Positions 9,075 through 17,685 of a stretch of 28,800 nucleotides of DNA are shown in pieces. A program made the position numbers and the translations under genes. The notes beneath the pieces were generated by a model. That model had not been told where the DNA came from and did not search any database. It saw only the letters and a program-made list of their open reading frames with translations. Positions within the stretch are counted from its first letter, which is position 1; every line of letters begins with the position of its first letter. Origin of the DNA: a virus. Its lineage: Duplodnaviria > Caudoviricetes. The stretch spans positions 1 to 28,800 of the IMG/VR virus record IMGVR_UViG_3300020045_001777, one strand, 5' to 3'.

Positions 9075-9383
9075 TTAAAAAATTATTGTACAATCCGAAT
9101 CCATTAACGCGTCGAACTTTGAAACATACTCCGAATATCCTTTACCTTCATTCATAACAGGTGTGTGATTTTCTTCACCTATTTTAATTTCAGTTTTTAC
9201 AATTCCGTTTTCAAAAACAAAATAGTCGGTTTGCAAAGCGTTAATATTTGCAAGCATCGAATTAACTCTAAGTCCGTTATTTTTATAGAAGTCAGAAATA
9301 CGACCACGCATTAAATGGTAATACACGCTATTTTTTAAATCTTCTAATTCTAAATGAAATCTATACAAGTCTTTGTTTTTCAT
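9075..9383 (-). CDS. Hypothetical protein (102 aa), first gene of the reverse cassette; start likely ATG 9383
   Basis: The track's GTG start (9428) lies in the promoter box of the duplicated element. ATG 9383 is preceded by A-rich sequence. Confidence 0.65.
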   Translation of the reverse strand: MKNKDLYRFHLELEDLKNSVYYHLMRGRISDFYKNNGLRVNSMLANINALQTDYFVFENGIVKTEIKIGEENHTPVMNEGKGYSEYVSKFDALMDSDCTIIF

Positions 9384-9400
9384 TGTTTCAGGTTTTTTAA

Positions 9401-9466
9401 TTAAAAATACTTTTCCCCATTGGTTCACAAAGATAGTATAAATTTTATAACAATAAATAATTTTGG
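9401..9466. promoter_or_regulatory. Divergent promoter element, copy 1: minus-strand TATCTTTG (9428-9435) toward the GT cassette; plus-strand TAATTTTG (9458-9465) toward the tail operon
   Basis: Both boxes match the Bacteroidota -7 consensus TAnnTTTG. The 28-bp block 9408-9435 and 14-bp block 9453-9466 recur at 24231-24258 and 24276-24289 with the same offset. Confidence 0.75.
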
Positions 9467-9491
9467 GTAAAATAAAAAAAATCTTTTTTTC

Positions 9492-11012
9492 ATGGCATCG
9501 GACGCAGTAAATATAGACAGAGTATCTCGAATAGTTGGATACAAAATATTAAAGGGAAACTTTCAAACTGTATCACCTAACCTGCCGCAACGTATAGCTA
9601 TTTTTGCAGAAGCTAATACAGCCAATCAGTCTAATTTAACTGGAGATAATTTAAACCTTCAAATTACATCGGCTCAACAAGCAGGTAATATTTATGGTTA
9701 TGGTTCTCCAGTTTATAATATAGCAAGAATCCTTTTGCCATTGCAAGGTGGTGGGGTTAATGGAGTTCCTGTAATTGTTTATCCACAAGCTGTTGCAGGT
9801 GGTTCTTCGGCTAAAGTGATTGAGGTTACTCCATCAGGAGTAGCAACGGCAAACGGTACGCATACTATTGTTATCGCAGGTAGACAAGGTATTGATGGGT
9901 CATTTTACGATATTAATATAGTTGCAGGAGATACGTCCGCATCAATTACGGCAAAGATTTACGATGCTGTTAATAATGTACTTGGATGTCCAATGCTTGT
10001 TGATGATTCAGATTATAGCGTAATTTTTACAAGTAAATGGAAAGGTTTAACTTCAAATGATTTAATCATTTCTGTTGAAAACAACGGAAATGATTTAGGT
10101 ATTACTTATGATGTTGAAACGGTTGCTACTGGTTCAGGTACACCGAGCGTATCAGATGGATTAGCATTATTTGGTAATGATTGGGTAACAATTGTAGTTA
10201 ATAGCTATGGTTTAGTTTCTTCGGTTATGTCAACACTAGAATCATTTAACGGAATACCAAGCCCAACAAGTCCAACAGGAAGATATGCAAGTACTGTAAT
10301 GAAGCCGTTTATTGCTTTGTCCGGTTCTGTTTCAGACGACGATTCAGCAACAACGGATTTAAGATTAAACAATGTAACAATTGCAGTATGTCCTGCTCCT
10401 GCTTCAACAGGTTTGCCAATGGAAGCAGCCGCAAACATGGCTGTATTGTTTGCAAACATAACAAGCAGTACACCACATTTAGACGTTGCTGGAAAGCCTT
10501 ATTCAGATATGCCTACACCGACTTCAATTGGTACAATGGCATCTTATGAATCGAGAGATTTGATAGTGAAAAAAGGTTGTTCAACAGTTGATTTAGTTGG
10601 TGGGCAGTACGTAGTTCAAGACTTTGTTACTACGTATCACCCGGTAGGTGAAACACCTCCACAATTCAGATATTGTAGGAATATTATGGTTGACTTAAAT
10701 GTTCGTTTTGGTTACTATTTACTAGAACAAATAAACGTAGTAGATCATGTTATTGCAAACGATACTGATATTGTTTCGGTAGGTAATATTGTTAAACCTA
10801 AGCAATGGAAAGCATTAGTAGCAGGTTATGCAAATGATCTTTCAAAACGTGCCTTAATTGTTGACCCTTCATTTATGGAAGAATCAATTACAGTAGAATT
10901 AAGTACATCAAATCCCGACAGGTTGGAAACGGAGTTTTCATACAAACGTAGCGGAGTAGCAAGAATACTAAGCACCACAGCGACAGCAGGATTTAATTTC
11001 GGAACATTATAA
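9492..11012 (+). CDS. Contractile tail sheath protein (Mu gpL-like)
   Basis: 506 aa; LPQRIAIF, A...YG.GSP, KKGCST, FVTTYHP, NPDRL; followed by tube, chaperone and tape measure genes. Confidence 0.85.
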   Translation: MASDAVNIDRVSRIVGYKILKGNFQTVSPNLPQRIAIFAEANTANQSNLTGDNLNLQITSAQQAGNIYGYGSPVYNIARILLPLQGGGVNGVPVIVYPQAVAGGSSAKVIEVTPSGVATANGTHTIVIAGRQGIDGSFYDINIVAGDTSASITAKIYDAVNNVLGCPMLVDDSDYSVIFTSKWKGLTSNDLIISVENNGNDLGITYDVETVATGSGTPSVSDGLALFGNDWVTIVVNSYGLVSSVMSTLESFNGIPSPTSPTGRYASTVMKPFIALSGSVSDDDSATTDLRLNNVTIAVCPAPASTGLPMEAAANMAVLFANITSSTPHLDVAGKPYSDMPTPTSIGTMASYESRDLIVKKGCSTVDLVGGQYVVQDFVTTYHPVGETPPQFRYCRNIMVDLNVRFGYYLLEQINVVDHVIANDTDIVSVGNIVKPKQWKALVAGYANDLSKRALIVDPSFMEESITVELSTSNPDRLETEFSYKRSGVARILSTTATAGFNFGTL

Positions 11013-11033
11013 TAATTTAAAAACAAAAATAAC

Positions 11034-11435
11034 ATGGCTGTTGGCGGTGACATTATAGAGGTTTCATATAACCATCCTACTATTGGAAGTGGGGTTTTAT
11101 TTCCTAAAGCATCAGAGGGTAACACCTATGATACAGGCGGTTTTCGTTCAAAAGATGAAGCGAGCGCCATTGATGGAAGTGGTACAATGATTGATTCAAT
11201 GAATAGAGTGAGAGGGTTCTTTGAAGTTGTAATATCAAACGATATGAACAGTAACCAAGAGCTTGAAAAGATGGTAGAACTAGCTACTTCACCTGTTGTT
11301 GCATCATGGGTATTCACCTGCATTAATGGTGTTTCATATCGTGGAGATGGCAAACCAGTAGGAGATTTACAGGGCGATGTTGATAAAGCAACTTTCAAAT
11401 TAAAAGTAGCATCCGGTTTATTTAAAAAGATTTAG
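11034..11435 (+). CDS. Tail tube protein
   Basis: 133 aa, beta-rich, directly after sheath. Confidence 0.8.
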   Translation: MAVGGDIIEVSYNHPTIGSGVLFPKASEGNTYDTGGFRSKDEASAIDGSGTMIDSMNRVRGFFEVVISNDMNSNQELEKMVELATSPVVASWVFTCINGVSYRGDGKPVGDLQGDVDKATFKLKVASGLFKKI

Positions 11436-11438
11436 TGA

Positions 11439-11831
11439 ATGAAAGTAGCAAGAGAAATAGCAACAAAAGAAGTCGAAGGGTGGTTAGAATACAAACGTAT
11501 TAAAACCGCACAACGTGAGTCAAATAAGGATTCTATTGAATCAATGATAGAGTGTGTAATGGAGGGAGATTTAGAAATAAATTCTGTTACCAATGAGATT
11601 ACACATAATTTGAATTTTCCAATAGATGAAGCAATTAAGAAACTAATTTATAAACCTAGATTAAACGATTCTATGTTAGAGCCGTTTATGAAAGGCGTTA
11701 AGCCTTCGGATGGGTTCGCTGTATCGCTTGCTTATATTGCAGCTTTGACAAATCAAACAAGGGGAACACTAGGTAAATTAGATACAGGGGATATGCGTAT
11801 AGCTCGTTCAATTATGGTTTTTTTTATGTAA
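11439..11831 (+). CDS. Tail assembly chaperone (gpG/gpE-like)
   Basis: Between tube and tape measure; ends VFFM over a T8 run. Confidence 0.8.
   Translation: MKVAREIATKEVEGWLEYKRIKTAQRESNKDSIESMIECVMEGDLEINSVTNEITHNLNFPIDEAIKKLIYKPRLNDSMLEPFMKGVKPSDGFAVSLAYIAALTNQTRGTLGKLDTGDMRIARSIMVFFM
11817..11825 (+). other. Programmed -1 frameshift slippery site (GTT TTT TTT)
   Basis: Heptamer T TTT TTT at 11819-11825 just before the stop; the -1 frame is open to 12079. Confidence 0.8.
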
Positions 11832-12079
11832 ATGAATTATCATTTAATGCCATAGTAAAAAGCATTGTTCGTGAACATAAATGGACTCCCGATAAAATTG
11901 GGAGTCTTTTTTTTGATAGACAGGATTATTTAGGATTATTTTTTTGGTATGATGACGTTATAGAGTCGCATATTGGAATGTGTCAAACGATGGAGGAGTT
12001 GCACAGAATGAAACGAATATATACTGATATAGATATAGAGATATTCGACGAGCAGGAAAAGAAAATACAAAAAAAATAA
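11825..12079 (+). CDS. Frameshift extension of the tail assembly chaperone (gpGT / gpE+E'-like); not in the ORF track
   Basis: -1 frame reads YVNELSFNAIVKSIVREHKWTPDKIGSLFFDRQDYLGLFFWYDDV...EKKIQKK*. Has an H-x-W-x-P motif as in P2 gpE'. Stop abuts the tape measure ATG. Confidence 0.8.
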   Translation, partial: YVNELSFNAIVKSIVREHKWTPDKIGSLFFDRQDYLGLFFWYDDVIESHIGMCQTMEELHRMKRIYTDIDIEIFDEQEKKIQKK

Positions 12080-13975
12080 ATGGCAACTTCGTTTACAATA
12101 CCAACTTATTTTACAGCCGTTGATAAATTCAGCGCACCCGTAAATGGCATGGTTTCTTCGATGGAAAACTTTACATCAAAAACGGAATTGGCGGCAGCAA
12201 GGTCAGAACGTGCATTTCGTAAAGTTGCGCCTATATTTGGCGAAGCGTCAAGACAAATGTTATCAATGGTTGGAGCTGCTGCGTTGGCAAGTGCTGCTAT
12301 TGGTGCTGTTGTTTTTTCGGGTAAGTCGGTAATGGATTACGAAACGGCAATAGCTAATTTATCCGCTGTAACTGGAACAAGTGGTGCAGACTTAGATAAA
12401 TTTAAAACACAAATAAAAACAGTTGCCACAGCTACAAAAGAAAGTTCTATTGATGTTGCAAATGCTTTTACTGCAATAGGTAATAACCAACCGCAATTAT
12501 TAAAAGATGCAGAAGGTATGGCAGCCGTAACGCAAGCAAGTATAATACTTGCAAGGGCTTCTAAAATGGAATTAGCGCCAGCAGCAGAAGCGTTAACGTC
12601 AATAATGAATCAATATAGTGTTGGTGCAAAAGATGCAGCAAGAACAACTGATATGTTAGCAGCAGCAGCACAGGCAGGATCAATGGAGATAACGGCAACT
12701 GCCGAAGCATTACAAAAGTTTGCTCCGATTGCAACTGTTTTTGGAGTTAAAATGAATGAAAGTTTAGCGTTAATTCAAACTGGTTCTAAGTTTTTTAAAG
12801 AGGGAACAGAGTCAGGGACAAAGTTTCTGAACATTATGACCACTATGGCATCAATGAAAGTTCAAGACCCTAAAGCATTGGGAGATTTGCAAAGACTTGG
12901 CGTAAACATGGATATTGTTACTTCAAAGACGTTACCTTTTTCTGACCGATTAAAAGAACTAAAAAAAATAGGAAATGATATACCTGCATTATTTCATGTT
13001 TTCGGAAAAGAGAATATAGCAATGGCAGGAAGTATATTAAACTCAACAGATGCATACGATAAACTTATTGGCAAAATTGAAGAAACTGGAAAGGCACAAG
13101 AAATGGCAAATAAAAATAACGCCACGCTATCTAGAATGATTGACCAATTAAAAAATAAATTTGTTACATGGATTACAACGAGTGATGAAGCGGCTAAATC
13201 ATTAAGCATAATGAAAACGGTTTTTGGTTTTTTAGCCGATAATATGAGTACGATTATAAAATATACTGGAATTGTAGTTGCAGGATTTACAGCATGGTTT
13301 GTAATAAATAAAATATTAGCCGGTTGGATTTGGGTAACAAATGCTTATACCGTTGCTATGCTAAAGTTAAATGTAGCAATGTTGGCTAATCCGATAGGTG
13401 TATGGCTTGCATTGATAGGTATATTAATTGGTGTACTTGTATTAGCTATATCATACTTTGATGAATGGGGCGCAGCATTAATTTTTATTGGTAGTGTTGC
13501 AGCTGCTTTCTTTGCTCCATTTACGGCAGGTTTTTTATTTATAATTGGAATAGTTCAATCGTTTATGCGTAATTGGGACATGATAAAAAAAGCCTTTACA
13601 GAGGATGGTTTTTTGGCAGGTATTTGGGCGATAGGTAAGGCTTTGTTAGACGCTGTATTATTTCCTATTCAACAAATATTACAAGTAATTTCAAAGTTGA
13701 CAGGGTTTGAATGGGCAGCAAATGCAGCAAAAGGATTAGAAAAGTTTAGAGCTGAAATGGGTGTAAATATTGGAACTGCTGAAAATCCTAAATATGAAAC
13801 AGTAAATCCAAGTGCTGCAAAGAATGATTCAATGTCAGCAATGATAGGGGGTAAAATTCAAAACATAATGACAATTGATTTTAGGAATATGCCTAAAGGT
13901 GTTGAGGTGTCAGGAGATACGGGCAATGCTAATAGTGCTATTCCTTATATTGATTCAACAATGAAAATAAAATAA
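12080..13975 (+). CDS. Tail tape measure protein
   Basis: 631 aa, Ala-rich helical core (AAEALTSIMNQY, DMLAAAAQAG, ESGT), hydrophobic C-terminal segments, position after the chaperone. Confidence 0.92.
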   Translation: MATSFTIPTYFTAVDKFSAPVNGMVSSMENFTSKTELAAARSERAFRKVAPIFGEASRQMLSMVGAAALASAAIGAVVFSGKSVMDYETAIANLSAVTGTSGADLDKFKTQIKTVATATKESSIDVANAFTAIGNNQPQLLKDAEGMAAVTQASIILARASKMELAPAAEALTSIMNQYSVGAKDAARTTDMLAAAAQAGSMEITATAEALQKFAPIATVFGVKMNESLALIQTGSKFFKEGTESGTKFLNIMTTMASMKVQDPKALGDLQRLGVNMDIVTSKTLPFSDRLKELKKIGNDIPALFHVFGKENIAMAGSILNSTDAYDKLIGKIEETGKAQEMANKNNATLSRMIDQLKNKFVTWITTSDEAAKSLSIMKTVFGFLADNMSTIIKYTGIVVAGFTAWFVINKILAGWIWVTNAYTVAMLKLNVAMLANPIGVWLALIGILIGVLVLAISYFDEWGAALIFIGSVAAAFFAPFTAGFLFIIGIVQSFMRNWDMIKKAFTEDGFLAGIWAIGKALLDAVLFPIQQILQVISKLTGFEWAANAAKGLEKFRAEMGVNIGTAENPKYETVNPSAAKNDSMSAMIGGKIQNIMTIDFRNMPKGVEVSGDTGNANSAIPYIDSTMKIK

Positions 13976-13976
13976 T

Positions 13977-14453
13977 ATGCCGTTTGACGTTGCTATATCG
14001 GAAACAAATAATGGAGGTGATTTAATATTACTTACAAATGATTTAGCCGTTGTAAATAATATTGAGAATTGTATTTATTTGGCTTTGTTTGGAGGCAATT
14101 TAGAGGCATCGACAATATCAGAACAATCAAATAATAATTTAGATTGGTGGGGAAATGCGTTGTTTTTAAGGAATGAAATTGATAATCAATTTAATTCAGA
14201 AACAGAAAGAACACTTAATAGTACACCACTAACAAGTTCGGGGCGTGTGATAATTGAAAATGCAATTAAAACAGATTTAAGTTTTTTAGACATAATAAAA
14301 ATTGATGTACAAATAACTGCAACAGATAGGCTCGAAGTTGAGTTAGAAATAGCTGCCAACATTGACAGCAACATTAAAATATTTTTTGCCATTCAATACT
14401 ATTCAGCGACAGGAGATTTCAATATTTTAGATTTTAATTCAGACTTTTTCTAA
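13977..14453 (+). CDS. Baseplate protein, Mu gp46-like
   Basis: GDL.L...DL, YLALFGG, WWGN, DL.FL; precedes the baseplate J gene. Confidence 0.75.
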   Translation: MPFDVAISETNNGGDLILLTNDLAVVNNIENCIYLALFGGNLEASTISEQSNNNLDWWGNALFLRNEIDNQFNSETERTLNSTPLTSSGRVIIENAIKTDLSFLDIIKIDVQITATDRLEVELEIAANIDSNIKIFFAIQYYSATGDFNILDFNSDFF

Positions 14454-15631
14454 TGGTAACAATACCAACATTATCACAATTACGCAGCGGAATTATAGCT
14501 GACTTAAATACGCAATACGGAACAAATATTTCGGCATTAGGAAAAGTTTTTTTATATGCTTTAGCGTCGGTTCAGGCAGCTAAATTAAAGTTGATTTATT
14601 TAGCAATTGGAAATTTGCAAAAAAACATTTTTGTTGATACCGCCGAAAGTGAAAGTTTAGGAGGAACGCTTGAAAGATTTGGGCGTGTAAAGTTAGGGCG
14701 CAATCCATTTCCTGCCGTACAAGGCCAATATGAGGTAACAGTAACAGGAACTATTGGAGCTGTTATAAATGCTCAAACAACTTTTAAAAGTGACGACGAT
14801 TCATTAAGTCCCGGATATTTATTTATACTAGACGAAGCCTACACACTAACAGCAACAACAGATACAATAACAGTACGTGCGCTTACATCGGGGGATGCAA
14901 GTAAATTATTGATTGGTGATACGCTAACTGCAACATCTCCAATAGCGCTTGTCGATAGTTCCGTAGAGGTGTCCGCAATATCTATTCAGGCGCTAGATGC
15001 TGAAACTCTTGAAACATACAGACAATTAATAATTGATTCGTACAGGTTGGAAACTCAAGGCGGTTCTCCTGCTGATTATCGTTTATGGTCGGCAGATGCT
15101 CAAGGTGTAAGGAGAGTTTATCCGTATGCAAAGAGCGGATATGCTAATGAAATTAATTTGTACATAGAAGCCAATTTATCGGATAGCACCGATAATAAAG
15201 GAACTCCAACGGCTTTGATAATTGCAGAGGTGGAGGAGGTTGTAGAGCTTAACCCTGACACTACTTTAGATATTTTAGAACGTGGGCGCAGACCATTGGG
15301 CGTGTTTGAGATTCATTACTTGCCAATAACACCAATGAATGTTGATATAACAATTACGGGATATACAGGCATAACGGATGCTATAAAAGATGCATTATTA
15401 TTAGCTATTACAGATTCGTTATTTGAAATTCGGCCATACGTAGCAGGGGTAGAGACAATAGAGGATAAAAACGACATATTAAATCAAAACCAATTAATAG
15501 GTACAGTTATTCAATCACAACCAGGAGCGATATTTACAAGCATAACATTTACGGTTGACAGCGTTTCGTATTCGTCATACACATTTTTGAACGGTAACAT
15601 TCCATACTTAAACTCAATAACTTACAACTAA
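14453..15631 (+). CDS. Baseplate wedge protein, gpJ / Mu gp47-like
   Basis: IF.DTA, LERFG, DAETLETYR, QGGSPADY..W, GV.RVY. Confidence 0.9.
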   Translation: MVTIPTLSQLRSGIIADLNTQYGTNISALGKVFLYALASVQAAKLKLIYLAIGNLQKNIFVDTAESESLGGTLERFGRVKLGRNPFPAVQGQYEVTVTGTIGAVINAQTTFKSDDDSLSPGYLFILDEAYTLTATTDTITVRALTSGDASKLLIGDTLTATSPIALVDSSVEVSAISIQALDAETLETYRQLIIDSYRLETQGGSPADYRLWSADAQGVRRVYPYAKSGYANEINLYIEANLSDSTDNKGTPTALIIAEVEEVVELNPDTTLDILERGRRPLGVFEIHYLPITPMNVDITITGYTGITDAIKDALLLAITDSLFEIRPYVAGVETIEDKNDILNQNQLIGTVIQSQPGAIFTSITFTVDSVSYSSYTFLNGNIPYLNSITYN

Positions 15632-16344
15632 TGAGTTTTATTGAAGATAAAATATTGCAATTATCAAAACAGCTATACCCCACAGGTAGAGCGTTTAAAA
15701 TGTACGAACAAAGTACATTTGAAAAATTACATTTAGGGTTGGCTGTTAGTGAAAGCCAAACGTACAATGATGCAGCAGCGATACTAAACAGCATTTTGCC
15801 GGACAATAATTTATTTGATATTAACGATGCTATTGATTGGGAAAGGCGTTTAGGTTTAGTTTCAAATGACACAGTATCATTGGCAGATCGCAAGTTAGCT
15901 ATAAGAAGAAAGTTAACACAGCCGGGGGTTGCACCAGCAAAAAGTAATTGGAGATACTTAGAACAACAACTGAGATTAGCAGGGTTTGACGTGTATGTTT
16001 ACGAAAATAGATTTTATGACTACCCGAACGGTTACTACACTCAAACGCCTTTTGAATTGACTGGAAACACTACATTCTTTAAAGGAAATCAGCATGGCGA
16101 TTTTCAACATGGTCAAATACAACACGGTGGAAGGTTTACAAAATTTTGCGCTAACCACATTGACGAAACAACGGATTGGAGTTTTATAATTGCGCCTAAT
16201 TTGCGTAGTACATTTTATATCGGAGGTGCAAATTCCGGTGATTTTGCAAATGTTTTAACGACAAGAAAAGACGAATTTAGACAGCTTATTTTAACCATAA
16301 AACCAACACAAACGGTAGCTTTTTTACTAATTAATTATACATAA
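15631..16344 (+). CDS. Baseplate wedge protein, Mu gp48 / YmfQ-like
   Basis: QLYPTGRAF, DWERRLGL, LADRK.AI, KP at the C-terminus; follows the gp47-like gene. Confidence 0.8.
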   Translation: MSFIEDKILQLSKQLYPTGRAFKMYEQSTFEKLHLGLAVSESQTYNDAAAILNSILPDNNLFDINDAIDWERRLGLVSNDTVSLADRKLAIRRKLTQPGVAPAKSNWRYLEQQLRLAGFDVYVYENRFYDYPNGYYTQTPFELTGNTTFFKGNQHGDFQHGQIQHGGRFTKFCANHIDETTDWSFIIAPNLRSTFYIGGANSGDFANVLTTRKDEFRQLILTIKPTQTVAFLLINYT

Positions 16345-16348
16345 CAAA

Positions 16349-16924
16349 ATGGCAAGATCATTAGAAAATAAAGAAAATGTAGAACCGGTTGATAGCGATT
16401 ATCCATACGGTAGGATAAAAGACAACACAGGTTCAGATAACGGGACACCAATAAATGAAGATGTGTACGGTGATTTTCACCAGTTCTTTGCTAGGATGTT
16501 TGCTGAAAGCGGATTAACTTATAATGAATTACCGGACAATGATTATTCAGGATTCCAATATTACGAAGCATTAAAAACTTTAGTAGGGAACATATTTAAC
16601 ATAGAATGGGTAGATATTGCCGGAACTGTTGGTTTTCAAAATGGGTGGTTAAATCACGGTTTTCCATATCAGTCTGCTAGGTATCGTATAGAAGGCAAAT
16701 ATTTAGTTTTGTCAGGTGAAATAGTAGGGACAACAAGTAATAATGTAGCGTTTGCTTTACCGGTAGCACCAATACAAATCTATAATTGTGTAGTGGCAAG
16801 TGGTACAACCCCTGTATATGTTTGTGTATTAGTAGTTTCTACCATTGGGGAAGTAACAGTATATAATACCGGCGGTGGAGCTACTCTGGTAAGTTTAGAC
16901 GGAGTTAGAATACCGTTAGACTAA
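16349..16924 (+). CDS. Short tail fibre or fibre adaptor
   Basis: N-terminal baseplate-anchor pattern (GTP.NE...D..QF...GL....PD....QY.EAL) and a small C-terminal beta domain (FQNGW, RYR.EG..V.LSG, AFALP). Canonical position after gp48. Confidence 0.65.
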   Translation: MARSLENKENVEPVDSDYPYGRIKDNTGSDNGTPINEDVYGDFHQFFARMFAESGLTYNELPDNDYSGFQYYEALKTLVGNIFNIEWVDIAGTVGFQNGWLNHGFPYQSARYRIEGKYLVLSGEIVGTTSNNVAFALPVAPIQIYNCVVASGTTPVYVCVLVVSTIGEVTVYNTGGGATLVSLDGVRIPLD

Positions 16925-17685
16925 TGAAGTTAAATATAAATAGCGATGCGGTTGTAAAATTTACGAATCAATTAGAAAAGATGCGTAAGTTCGATTTACC
17001 TATTGCTATACGTACAACATTGAATGATGCGGCTTTTGATGTTAAGAAAAACACAATGCCCCAAACTGCGGATGCTGAATTTAAAAAACGGCAACCGAAT
17101 TTCTTTAAAGCAAATAGCAAAGTAGAGTCAGCGCAAGGGTTTGATGTTAATAAAATGAAATCAACTGTTGGGTTCTTTGAAAACAAATTAAACGATGCTC
17201 CAACAAACTACGCTGTTAAAGATTTAGAGCAACAGGAGAATGGCGGTACAATAGGGAGCAAATCATTTATAGCAATGAAAGCGGCTCGAAATTCGAGAGG
17301 GTTGGTAAAGCCAAACGCACGAATAAAAGCATTAAGAGAAAATGCTATTAATGCACAAAATGGAAAAGGAAATAAAAAGCAAAGGTTTGTAAAGGCTGCT
17401 ATTATAGCACAACGTACTGGTAAAATGTTGCTTGGTAACAAATGGAAAGGGGCGCAAACATTATCACGAATAGACGAAATATGGAGTGCAACGAAAAGAC
17501 AAAACAGATTAAGCTCCCGTAAAATATTAATTAAAAGAACAGCCCTTTATACATTTAGAAAAGATAGAACTATTACAGTCGCTTCAACTAATTTTATGAA
17601 AAGAGCAAGCCATGAAAGCGGATTAAAGATTGAAATATTTTACATAAAAAACGCAGAAAAAAGATTTGCAAAAATGTATAAATAA
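16924..17685 (+). CDS. Basic neck/tail-completion protein (gpZ / HK97 gp10-like)
   Basis: Lys/Arg-rich; AIR.TLND.AF, QE.GG, late F...A pattern. Confidence 0.55.
   Translation: MKLNINSDAVVKFTNQLEKMRKFDLPIAIRTTLNDAAFDVKKNTMPQTADAEFKKRQPNFFKANSKVESAQGFDVNKMKSTVGFFENKLNDAPTNYAVKDLEQQENGGTIGSKSFIAMKAARNSRGLVKPNARIKALRENAINAQNGKGNKKQRFVKAAIIAQRTGKMLLGNKWKGAQTLSRIDEIWSATKRQNRLSSRKILIKRTALYTFRKDRTITVASTNFMKRASHESGLKIEIFYIKNAEKRFAKMYK

Noticed and set aside
9384-9428. Shared N-terminal peptide MNQWGKV in two ORFs (also 24219-24251)
   Set aside because: It is the translation of the duplicated DNA element. The GTG starts overlap the promoter box and better ATG starts lie downstream.
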